From a virus (taxonomy: Duplodnaviria; Caudoviricetes): 37,510 bases of DNA. Shown here piece by piece: positions 7,754 to 15,630 of this stretch. How positions within the stretch are numbered: the first letter of the stretch is position 1; every line of letters begins with the position of its first letter. The translations under genes and the position numbers were made by a program. Under the pieces are notes generated by a model. That model ran no database searches, had not been told where the DNA came from, and saw only the letters and a program-made list of their open reading frames with translations. Where the stretch lies: the IMG/VR virus record IMGVR_UViG_3300030059_001343, positions 1-37,510 of that record. One strand, 5' to 3'.

Positions 7754-8059
7754 AAATACGGCAACATTAAAACGGTGGTCGATAATATCAAGTTTGATTC
7801 AAAAGCCGAGGCTCGGCGGTATTTAGAGCTAAAGCTTTTAGAGAAGGCCGGGAAAATATCAAACCTTGAGCTACAGCCCCGGTACGACATTAAAATTGGC
7901 GGCAAATACATAGCCCATTACAAGGCTGACTTTCGATATTTCACCGCCAAAGAGACCGTAGTCGAAGATGTGAAGGGTGTGAAGACCCCAATTTACAGGC
8001 TGAAAAAGAAACTAGTCGAGGCTTTGTATCCCGGCGTCAAAATTATAGAGGTTAAATGA
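7739..8059 (+). CDS. DUF1064-like PD-(D/E)XK endonuclease
   Basis: NKYGNIKTVVDNIKFDSKAEA.RY, LELQP.Y, Y.ADF.Y, VVEDVKG..T..Y.LKKKL. Confidence 0.88.
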   Translation: MMRFNKYGNIKTVVDNIKFDSKAEARRYLELKLLEKAGKISNLELQPRYDIKIGGKYIAHYKADFRYFTAKETVVEDVKGVKTPIYRLKKKLVEALYPGVKIIEVK

Positions 8060-8238
8060 TGGACATATTTCATAAAGCCCCAGACACCCGGCAAAAGCGT
8101 TGGTGGCGAATACCAGTTCCAGATCAGCAATACAAAGATAACTACAACGATATATTTCGGAGGGATAAAGAAAAATGTGCCGAAAATGCGGTGGAACAAA
8201 AACAATCTACAGAGAAAAAAAAGAGGCGTTTAAAATGA
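8056..8238 (+). CDS. Small hypothetical protein
   Basis: ATGA-coupled to the upstream gene; YKDNYNDIF motif. Confidence 0.55.
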   Translation: MMDIFHKAPDTRQKRWWRIPVPDQQYKDNYNDIFRRDKEKCAENAVEQKQSTEKKKRRLK

Positions 8239-8531
8239 GTGATGGCGAACAGTTAAGGGTCATTGTGCCGGGTGGCATTGACGCATGCTCGGATTGTACA
8301 ACGGCGGCTGAAGATGAATATCAGGTGAGCAAAATTTTAATTAAAGAGAACAAGCAACGTATTAAGGAACTTTCAAATCAATTAAAGCGGCAAATACTAA
8401 TGATGGAAATGGACGACACGGTTGGTCACACAGATAATGGGCCATACTTTTCCCAGCTACAAGCATTAAAAACTGAGCTATATGACCTAGCTGACCTATA
8501 TGACCTTCAAAGAAAAGTGGGGGGCAAATAG
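8175..8531 (+). CDS. Hypothetical protein with CxxC...CxxC zinc-ribbon and coiled coil
   Basis: CRKC...CSDC; SD aggga upstream. Confidence 0.6.
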   Translation: MCRKCGGTKTIYREKKEAFKMSDGEQLRVIVPGGIDACSDCTTAAEDEYQVSKILIKENKQRIKELSNQLKRQILMMEMDDTVGHTDNGPYFSQLQALKTELYDLADLYDLQRKVGGK

Positions 8532-8532
8532 C

Positions 8533-9309
8533 ATGGCAACATACCCATCATTACCACTTTGGACCGACGCTTATTTGGGCGACACCATGCACTTAACGTT
8601 AGAAGAACATGGCGCTTATTTGAAGTTGTTAATGATCATGTGGCGGACACAATCTTGCTCAATTCCAGACGACGATAGACGTATCGCAACGATGCTAAAT
8701 GTGACCTATAAAAAGTGGATGTCGAAGCTAAAACCAAGCTTAAATTCGTTTTTTATGTTAGACGAAAACGGTCACTTAACGCAGAAAAAACTACTAAAAG
8801 TTCGAAAAAACGTTGAGGATTTCCGCTTGAAACAATCAACCAACGCTCAAGCTAGATGGTTGAAAACAAACAAAACTAGTAATGCCACGGCAATGCCAAA
8901 CGTATGCCAAACGCATGCTAACCATAACCATAACTATAGTAAGAAAGAAGAAGTAACCCCCTTAATCCCCCTTGTAGGGGGAGAGATCGAGGTTGTTAAA
9001 AAACGAAAAAAGAAATCCAATATGCCAGACAGCTGGACACCAAATCCCCACGCTAAAACAGTAGCGATGAATGAAGGATACGACGATGATGAAAGAAGAA
9101 CCATTTTGCTCCAATTTACCGACTACGCCAATTCAAGCGGCAAGCAATACGCCGACTGGGATAGTGCGTTCTACAACTGGATCAGATCAGGCATTACGCG
9201 AAATGACATTAGCCAACGGCGGCGAGCAAATGGGAAGGCGGGAAGTGGAAACGCATCTGGAAGCATCGTTGCCAGCGTCAATCGTTTCATCAATCAAGCC
9301 AATTCTTAA
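8533..9309 (+). CDS. DUF1376/YdaU-family replication initiator with DnaT-like C-terminal domain
   Basis: LPLWTDAYLGDTMHLTLEEHGAYLKLL..MW; C-terminal MPDSWTP...F.DY.....YADWDSAFYNWIR; internal iterons. Confidence 0.85.
   Translation: MATYPSLPLWTDAYLGDTMHLTLEEHGAYLKLLMIMWRTQSCSIPDDDRRIATMLNVTYKKWMSKLKPSLNSFFMLDENGHLTQKKLLKVRKNVEDFRLKQSTNAQARWLKTNKTSNATAMPNVCQTHANHNHNYSKKEEVTPLIPLVGGEIEVVKKRKKKSNMPDSWTPNPHAKTVAMNEGYDDDERRTILLQFTDYANSSGKQYADWDSAFYNWIRSGITRNDISQRRRANGKAGSGNASGSIVASVNRFINQANS
8881..8940. repeat. Iteron-like repeats, putative replication origin
   Basis: ATGCC/ATGCT at 8882, 8893, 8904 and 8915 (11-bp period), followed by (AACCAT)2-AACTAT. Confidence 0.7.
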
Positions 9310-9706
9310 TTCAGATTACGATGTTCTAGCGTTTACGGTCGAAGGTCCGGTTGCTGTTGATGACATCCAAGCCGCGATTGAAACCATCGAAGAGTTTAGC
9401 CAACCAGCATCAGCGCGAGAAATTGGCGAGCTGATTTCAATGGTCTACGCGATGACGGCACAGCGCAATCAGGATCAAATTACAATGGATTTGGCGATCA
9501 CCAGCTATGGCCGAAAGCTGATGGAATACCCAGCCGACGTTGTCAGGGAAACGATGACAAAGTGGCCGGACAGGTCAACATGGTTTCCATCATGGCACGA
9601 CCTAAAAGGCGAGTTAGATTGGCGAAACAACCGAGGGAAAATGAGGGAAGCCCTTGAAAAGAAATTAATGGACCTCAACAAATTTAACAGCATAAGGAAG
9701 TTTTAA
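9230..9706 (+). CDS. Putative replication accessory protein (helicase-loader position)
   Basis: Follows the initiator; Y...LMEYPADVV......W....WFPSWHDL pattern. Confidence 0.55.
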   Translation: MGRREVETHLEASLPASIVSSIKPILNSDYDVLAFTVEGPVAVDDIQAAIETIEEFSQPASAREIGELISMVYAMTAQRNQDQITMDLAITSYGRKLMEYPADVVRETMTKWPDRSTWFPSWHDLKGELDWRNNRGKMREALEKKLMDLNKFNSIRKF

Positions 9707-9967
9707 ATGGCAGACAGATACGACTTAAAGACAGCAAGATCAGGCACTGATGGCAAAACTTACTGGACTAAAATTGGGGTGATGTTCCCGAATAAATCGG
9801 GCAAAGACAGTTTTAATTTAATTTTTGAATCGTTGCCAATACCGTCAATGAGCGACAGCGGGCAATTGGAAGTCCGGGTCATGGCAATGGAGCCGTTCAA
9901 GGACGATGGTCAAGCCCGGCCAGTGCCTGCAAGCCCTGAGAAACTGGACGACGAAGTGCCATTCTAA
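9707..9967 (+). CDS. Small putative ssDNA-binding protein
   Basis: KTYWTKIGVMF beta-rich core and SSB-type acidic tail LDDEVPF. Confidence 0.65.
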   Translation: MADRYDLKTARSGTDGKTYWTKIGVMFPNKSGKDSFNLIFESLPIPSMSDSGQLEVRVMAMEPFKDDGQARPVPASPEKLDDEVPF

Positions 9968-9977
9968 GGCGGTAAAA

Positions 9978-10409
9978 ATGCGGCAAATCTATGAAACACG
10001 GATTGATTTAGACAACGAAAAATCTATTTGCAAAACGATTGAAGCCGCGTGTGGTATGCGCTTAAAGAAGTTGAGCATAAAATACAATTTAGATTTTATT
10101 GGGTTTAGAAATGGCAAGGCTGTAGCGGTTATCGAAGTCAAGAAAAGGCACAACAGCTACAGCCGATACCCAACATTGATCCTGTCTTTGGCTAAATATA
10201 ACCGCGGCGTCGAGTTCTACCGGGTCAATGATTTGAAGTTTATATTTTGTGTTCAATTTGAGGATGGTTATTTTTTTTATGAGTACCAAAACGAAGACAG
10301 ATTTGATGTACAAATTGGCGGGAGAACGGACAGAAACGACGCTGAAGACATTGAACCAGTAATTCATATTCCAATCGTTAGGATGAAGAAATTATGCGAC
10401 GTCAACTAG
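9978..10409 (+). CDS. PD-(D/E)XK-like nuclease
   Basis: YNLDF...VIEVKKR motif; R.DR.D..DIEP tail. Confidence 0.65.
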   Translation: MRQIYETRIDLDNEKSICKTIEAACGMRLKKLSIKYNLDFIGFRNGKAVAVIEVKKRHNSYSRYPTLILSLAKYNRGVEFYRVNDLKFIFCVQFEDGYFFYEYQNEDRFDVQIGGRTDRNDAEDIEPVIHIPIVRMKKLCDVN

Positions 10410-10909
10410 TTAAAAAACGCAAGCCTAAAGACAAAGCTCCGGGAGCAGATCACGGCACGATTGAAGCCCGGCAACACGGCACATTTGTCGAAGTGGACAC
10501 GCAAATTGCAGGCGTGAAAGCTTTGCGAAATGTGACCGCTGATCCCATGGCAACGTACTTTAAACGAGGGCAAATAACCCCGGATCAGTTCCAATCTGGC
10601 GACCTGTTTGCTCAACACTTTGACCGGGCTAAAATGGGCCCACGGTACGCATTGATGCAGTTAGGTCAGGACAATGCCGGGCAAGGATCGCTTGGCGCTC
10701 AAGAGGGCTTAGAACGGGCTCGGCAAGAGGTCAGGACAGCTATGGACTACGTCGGCATTCCGTTGGCGTACATTCTACAACATGTTATAGGACATGGGCA
10801 TTTGGCGTCAACTTGGAGCGGTGTTGGTGAGAGCAAGCGAAAGAGTGAAGATGGCATTGCAGCACTACGGTTAGCGTTAAATGGGTTGAAAAAGTACTAT
10901 AAATTGTAA
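10394..10909 (+). CDS. Putative late transcription regulator (DUF6456/Q-like)
   Basis: Y.KRGQIT..QF..G..F..HF.RA, C-terminal LRLALNGL..YY; last early gene, ahead of a terminator preceding terS. Confidence 0.6.
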   Translation: MRRQLVKKRKPKDKAPGADHGTIEARQHGTFVEVDTQIAGVKALRNVTADPMATYFKRGQITPDQFQSGDLFAQHFDRAKMGPRYALMQLGQDNAGQGSLGAQEGLERARQEVRTAMDYVGIPLAYILQHVIGHGHLASTWSGVGESKRKSEDGIAALRLALNGLKKYYKL

Positions 10910-11012
10910 TGTTCATTAAAGATACCTTCTATACATCGACCACGGATCGATGGTACTAAATGGCTAAGGTTGTATTTTTTGACCTTGTTTTTCTCCCGAA
11001 AACACAAACTAG

Positions 11013-11047
11013 CGACGCTTGGCTCACACCAAGCGTCGGTTTCTTTT
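11013..11047 (+). terminator. Intrinsic terminator directly ahead of the late operon
   Basis: cgacgcttgg-ctcaca-ccaagcgtcg (10-bp perfect stem) plus gtttctttt; the terS SD ggag follows at 11048. Confidence 0.8.
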
Positions 11048-11056
11048 GGAGTTTCA

Positions 11057-11509
11057 ATGGCAAAACGATTAGTTCAAACCAAAGAAATTGAAAACGAAGT
11101 TACCGACAGGCTGTCGAACGGTGAGACGATGGTTAGCATCTTTGAGAGCAAACATTTGCCAACAAAGGCAGCTTACAACAAATGGCGAAACTACGATAAA
11201 GATCTGGATGAGCGCACATTTGAAGCTATGAAGCGTGGTTATCATGCTCAAGCTGACGAGGCGGCACACATCCAGCTGATGATCATGAATGGCAAGTGGC
11301 AAGGTGACCCGAAGAGTGCACAAGCAGCTGTTACAGCGGCTAACAACCTAGGACATCAGTCGTTGGCTAAGTTGTCGAAGTTAGACAATCGATACAAGGA
11401 CAGGCAAGAGGTGACCCACACTGGGCCTATGGTTATTGGATGGGAAACTGATGAGGTAATCATCGGTGAAGGCATGCTGACGGCTACCAGTGAGGATGTG
11501 ATAAACTAA
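11057..11509 (+). CDS. terS: Terminase small subunit
   Basis: HTH-like EVTDRLSNGETMVSI....HLP......KW, C-terminal Y.DRQEVTHTGP; first late gene. Confidence 0.75.
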   Translation: MAKRLVQTKEIENEVTDRLSNGETMVSIFESKHLPTKAAYNKWRNYDKDLDERTFEAMKRGYHAQADEAAHIQLMIMNGKWQGDPKSAQAAVTAANNLGHQSLAKLSKLDNRYKDRQEVTHTGPMVIGWETDEVIIGEGMLTATSEDVIN

Positions 11510-11779
11510 AGGGATGATCGTTTTATAAGCGGTGTCCGTTGCCGCTGTCGCGCATGAAATCGACCGAACGTTGGTGTCATAGTGTTAGTCGAATGTTTAA
11601 GAACTTGACAGGGCCGTCAAAAGCCCAGCAATTCCGTGGCTCGGCGGCTAGTATCTCAACTAAATTATTTTCTCCGGGGTGGGGGTGGTTGACCGGGGGT
11701 ACCCCGCTTTTCTTGGGCGCTCAGAGGTATCGTAGGGTCCACGCTCCCTATCCGACACAAGTTTTACAGAGGCATTTTT

Positions 11780-12019
11780 ATGGCCCGTAACTACGCGAAA
11801 GAGTACGAGGGCTACCATTCAAAGCCAGATCAGATTAAGCGCCGTGCGGGCCGAAATAAGGCCCGTAGGACTCTTTTGAAGACGGGGCGGGTATCCAAGG
11901 GCGACGGCAAGGATGTTGACCATAAAGACCGCAATCCGGGTAATAACGATCAAAGCAATTTGAGGGTCCAGAGCAAGTCGAAAAACCGTTCTCGAAACTC
12001 TAGAAGTTTACTGAAGTAG
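11780..12019 (+). CDS. HNH endonuclease-like protein
   Basis: RNYAKEY...RAGRNKARR...KGDGKDVDHKD.N..NN..SNLRV.S.SKNRS. Confidence 0.85.
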   Translation: MARNYAKEYEGYHSKPDQIKRRAGRNKARRTLLKTGRVSKGDGKDVDHKDRNPGNNDQSNLRVQSKSKNRSRNSRSLLK

Positions 12020-12056
12020 GTCACTTGCTGACCCCTTATTTTAATTAGGATTATTC

Positions 12057-12134
12057 ATGGCAAATTATTCAAGCAAGCCAACTAAAGTTCGCAAGACGTT
12101 GTTAAAGCCTAAACGCAAAACGTATTTGAAATAG
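12057..12134 (+). CDS. 25-aa basic micropeptide; not in ORF track
   Basis: MANYSSKPTKVRKTLLKPKRKTYLK*; SD tagga; start context duplicated at the next gene. Confidence 0.55.
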   Translation: MANYSSKPTKVRKTLLKPKRKTYLK

Positions 12135-12143
12135 GAATTATTC

Positions 12144-12377
12144 ATGGCATTGAAGACAAAGAAGGCTGCGACTAAGGAGCCTGCCCGTCGTAGGGCTAGG
12201 GCTCACAATCAGGACGGTAGCTTTAAGGCTGACGACCCAACGACGCCTGATGTTAATGAAGCGTTTACGATTGAAGTGCCTGACATGGATGAGGCTCATC
12301 GGGAACAGCAACGCACGAAACCGCCCGGCGTTAAGTCGAGCTATCGGCGTTTAGGCGGGAAGCTTATTGAGGGTTGA
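12144..12377 (+). CDS. Hypothetical phage protein
   Basis: RARAHNQDGSFKADDPTTPDVNEAF motif; good SD. Confidence 0.7.
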   Translation: MALKTKKAATKEPARRRARAHNQDGSFKADDPTTPDVNEAFTIEVPDMDEAHREQQRTKPPGVKSSYRRLGGKLIEG

Positions 12378-12808
12378 GAGCATGCTTGCCGAGGGCGATT
12401 ACGGTTGCACAGGCAAATGCGTTATCTGCGAGTGTCGGATACTTAGATTTTGCAGACCCCAAGGTTTCTGGGTTAGTTAGGATTATTAGTGAGATTGCCC
12501 CCATATCGACGGTGTCTCCTGCGTACTGCCGGGTCGAGCATCGGCCAGAGGGTCATCCATGGCATCAGGATACTGGCACGATTGACCACATGGCTTGGTG
12601 CAAATATTCGGCGACTCTTTTGTTGACGGACCCCAAGGAATTTACGGGGGGCGGTTTTTATTTTAGGGATAACCCTGACAACCCAATTTTTCATTATTTA
12701 GATTTATTATTATTTTCTGGCGGTCGCGATAATGCTCATCAGGTGACGCGGAATAGTGGCGAGCGTAAGGCGCTAATCATGTTTTTTGGGGAGAAAGGCG
12801 ATAGCTAA
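12374..12808 (+). CDS. 2OG-Fe(II) oxygenase
   Basis: WHQD (HxD), YSATLLL....FTGG.F.F, H.V....GER.ALIMF. Confidence 0.85.
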   Translation: MRACLPRAITVAQANALSASVGYLDFADPKVSGLVRIISEIAPISTVSPAYCRVEHRPEGHPWHQDTGTIDHMAWCKYSATLLLTDPKEFTGGGFYFRDNPDNPIFHYLDLLLFSGGRDNAHQVTRNSGERKALIMFFGEKGDS

Positions 12809-14129
12809 AACCCAAAAAATTACGATCCCATATAAACCTCGGCCATTGCAGGCAAAATTTGATCGGAGCTATAAGCGTTTTTCGGTTGCAAGTTGTCACA
12901 GACGCTTTGGCAAAACTGTTATGGCGATTAACTGGCTTTTGAAGGAAATCCTTACTTGTACTCATCCAAGGGCACAGGGGGCGTATATTAGCCCGACTTA
13001 CGGGCAGAGTAAGCGTATTGCTTGGCAAATGCTTCGAGATTACGCCGGGGTCATTCCGGGCGTTAAGTTTAACGAAGCAGAGTTACGGTGCGACTTGCCG
13101 GACGGAAAGCGAATTTGGTTATTAGGGGCCGAAAATCCTGACAGCCTTCGTGGTTTGCGCTTAGATGCTTGTTGCCTAGACGAATTTGCCGACATGAACG
13201 CCCGGTTATATCCTGAGATTGTGAGGCCATCTCTTTCCGATTTTGGGACCGGAAAATGTTTGTGGATCGGCACCCCAAAAGGCGAGAATCAATTTAAGGA
13301 AATTTACGATTACGCCTTAGAGCGCATGGAAAAAGACGACGACGAATGGTTCGCCATGCGTTTCCCGGCGAGTGAGACTGGGGTTCTAGCTCAGAAAGAA
13401 CTCGATGCCGCCAAGGCGACAATGGATGAAAGCCAATATCAACAGGAATTTGAAGTTAGCTGGAGCGCCGCGAGGGTCGGGGCTTTCTTTGCCACGCAAT
13501 TAGATGCTATCGATACGAAAGGTCAAATAAATTCTGTGCCGTGGGAGCCAAATCTCCCTGTGACAACTAGCTTTGACTTGGGCATTGCCGACGCAACGGC
13601 CATTTGGTTTTACCAGCAATTGCCGCGTGAAAACGTTGTCAGAGTTATTGATTACTATGAAAATACGGGTGAAGGATTACATCACTACATTAAGGAATTA
13701 CAAGCGAGGCCGTATACCTATGATCGGCATCTGTTTCCCCACGACGTTATGGTTCGGGAGCTTGGATCGGGAAATAGCCGCTATGAAATTCTAATGAGCT
13801 TGGGGGTTCGCCCAACCGTTGTACCTAAACTAGCCGTCATGGACGGTATTGAAGCAATAAGAGCGTTAATCCCCAAGTGCCATTTCGACCGTGGCAATTG
13901 TGCCGAGGGCTTAAAGGCACTTAGACATTATCACCGACAGTTTAACGACCGGACTGGAGATTGGAAAGACAGGCCGAACCACGACTGGTCAAGTCATGCG
14001 GTCGATAGTTTTAGATACGGCGCTTTAGGGCTCCGCGATAATGACGATGATTTTAGACAGGTTGCAAGGACAGGGCGGCTTTCCAATGGGCAGCCTGTTA
14101 TGACAGCCCCGGATGTTGTCTTTGGCTGA
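12801..14129 (+). CDS. terL: Terminase large subunit (probable AUA start at 12801; TTG 12786 is the alternative)
   Basis: Walker A CHRRFGKT, Walker B CLDEFA, IGTPKG, nuclease FDLG..DAT and HDWSSHAVDSFRY. Confidence 0.95.
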   Translation: MAKTQKITIPYKPRPLQAKFDRSYKRFSVASCHRRFGKTVMAINWLLKEILTCTHPRAQGAYISPTYGQSKRIAWQMLRDYAGVIPGVKFNEAELRCDLPDGKRIWLLGAENPDSLRGLRLDACCLDEFADMNARLYPEIVRPSLSDFGTGKCLWIGTPKGENQFKEIYDYALERMEKDDDEWFAMRFPASETGVLAQKELDAAKATMDESQYQQEFEVSWSAARVGAFFATQLDAIDTKGQINSVPWEPNLPVTTSFDLGIADATAIWFYQQLPRENVVRVIDYYENTGEGLHHYIKELQARPYTYDRHLFPHDVMVRELGSGNSRYEILMSLGVRPTVVPKLAVMDGIEAIRALIPKCHFDRGNCAEGLKALRHYHRQFNDRTGDWKDRPNHDWSSHAVDSFRYGALGLRDNDDDFRQVARTGRLSNGQPVMTAPDVVFG

Positions 14130-14763
14130 GATTATCCCAGCCTGCTATGGCGACTTAGTTTACATCGCCCGGAATATGAGGGCGTTAGATGCTGAAGAGA
14201 TACTACCGCTGACATGGAGCGGAAAGCCGGAAGATTTAGCACAGCGGATATCTGTATCTGGCGGGTTGGCCCATGTTGCTCTCTCTGGGGTGATGCCTGT
14301 TGCTACTTGGGGAGCCAACATGACGCGCCCGGATTTCTGGAGTGTGTGGATGTTCACGACAGATCGATGGCCCAAAGTGGCGTTGACGGTGACCCGGCAC
14401 ATAAGGAATGAATTAATACCAGCCCTTGTTGCTGACGGTGCCGTTAGAGCCGATTGCTGGAGCATGGAAGGCCACGACGTTGCACATCGATGGCTTGAGG
14501 CGTTAGGTGCTACCAAAGAGGCGACGGCTGAAGACTACGGCCCTACCCGGAAAAAATTTTATTGTTATTCATGGACGCGATCCCGATTAGAACGCGATGG
14601 AGATTTTGATTATGTGCGTAGGACCACTAGCCCCAAAAATGCCAAAAATGCCGTCATTGCCAGTAATGCCGGAGCCTGCGGCTGTCGAAACAAAGCCAAC
14701 GCGAGACGATCCGCGAGTAAATCAAGCAGCAACAGCAACACGGCGCAAGCGGCTCTTGGCTAA
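14113..14763 (+). CDS. T7 gp13-like/GNAT-fold protein
   Basis: YIARNMRALDAEE, VWMFTTDRW, HDVAHRWLEALGA resembles the GNAT N..A..WL..LG motif. Confidence 0.7.
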   Translation: MLSLAEIIPACYGDLVYIARNMRALDAEEILPLTWSGKPEDLAQRISVSGGLAHVALSGVMPVATWGANMTRPDFWSVWMFTTDRWPKVALTVTRHIRNELIPALVADGAVRADCWSMEGHDVAHRWLEALGATKEATAEDYGPTRKKFYCYSWTRSRLERDGDFDYVRRTTSPKNAKNAVIASNAGACGCRNKANARRSASKSSSNSNTAQAALG

Positions 14764-14845
14764 AGGTCGTAAATCTACAATTCTATCTGGTGCTGGCGGC
14801 GATGTTAGTTCTGCAAATATTGGCAAAACACTGTTAGGTGGTTAA
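14612..14845 (+). CDS. Small virion-associated protein A (Met-Cys start, KTLLG tail; T7 gp6.7-like position)
   Basis: SD ggag then MCVGPLAPKMPKMP...GRKSTILSG...IGKTLLGG. Confidence 0.75.
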   Translation: MCVGPLAPKMPKMPSLPVMPEPAAVETKPTRDDPRVNQAATATRRKRLLAKGRKSTILSGAGGDVSSANIGKTLLGG

Positions 14846-14847
14846 AA

Positions 14848-15420
14848 ATGTGTGAATCTAATGACGGCGATGATGGCGGTGGTTCTGCCGGAGGCGTTCG
14901 CCAAAATCGCAACCATGATGGCAACGTTCCAAACGATTCTATGACTCCGAACAGGACAGGTCTTAGCGCTGATCAAGCAATTAGCATCGTTAACAATCCA
15001 TTTTCTCCTCATAATCAAGGCCAATATGGCGAAAAAGCTTTGGCGGCACTTGGTCCTATTATGCCGGGCGGCATTCCCTTAAATGCTGGACGAACTCTTG
15101 CTATGATGGGGGGGGTAAAAGCTGGAAAAGGTGGGAAAAATAATCTTGGCAATAAAAACGAAGACCGTGGCGATAACAACAGCCCTTCTGCAATGCTTAA
15201 AAAACAAGGCAGCAAGCGAGCCGTTGCTGGAAATGTTGCGGCTAAATCTAAAGAAAACGCGCCTTTAGCCAAAGACGATGACGATGAATTAGGTGGTGAT
15301 GCTATGGCGTTTGCTCCGTATACTCCTAGAAATCGTGTGACCCGGCAATCTACAATGCTTACAGGCTCAAGAGGAATACGAGCTCGCGCTAACATTGGCC
15401 GCACGTTGTTGGGCGCTTAA
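14848..15420 (+). CDS. Small virion-associated protein B (Met-Cys start, RTLLG tail)
   Basis: MCESNDG...RQSTMLTG...IGRTLLGA; low complexity. Confidence 0.7.
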   Translation: MCESNDGDDGGGSAGGVRQNRNHDGNVPNDSMTPNRTGLSADQAISIVNNPFSPHNQGQYGEKALAALGPIMPGGIPLNAGRTLAMMGGVKAGKGGKNNLGNKNEDRGDNNSPSAMLKKQGSKRAVAGNVAAKSKENAPLAKDDDDELGGDAMAFAPYTPRNRVTRQSTMLTGSRGIRARANIGRTLLGA

Positions 15421-15626
15421 TGTGTGTTCCCGGCGCTTATGGGAATCAAAAGCAATCAGGCGGCATGAAGATGGCGTCGTCATCGCCGGGCGGCAGGCTA
15501 GACCAAGCCCAACGCGCCAACGCTTCGGCCAGCGGCGGCGGAACAAACGGATCGACGATATTGTCAGGCACTCCGCGTAACAGCGGCGTAGATGCCTTAC
15601 GAAAAAATACCTATTTAGGGGTTTAG
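15420..15626 (+). CDS. Small virion-associated protein C (Met-Cys start, TYLG tail)
   Basis: TAATG coupling; MCVPGAYG...GSTILSG...RKNTYLGV. Confidence 0.7.
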   Translation: MCVPGAYGNQKQSGGMKMASSSPGGRLDQAQRANASASGGGTNGSTILSGTPRNSGVDALRKNTYLGV

Positions 15627-15630
15627 CTTT

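Noticed and set aside
8175-8531. Fifth member of the Met-Cys protein set
   Set aside because: Its Cys2 belongs to a CxxC...CxxC zinc motif and the gene is in the early operon.
8881-8940. CRISPR-like mini-array
   Set aside because: Units are 11 bp, contiguous, without spacers, and inside a coding region.
11539-11790. 83-aa ORF in the terS-HNH gap
   Set aside because: TTG start without a clear SD, no recognisable motif, and it runs through G-tracts and palindromes better explained as cis elements.
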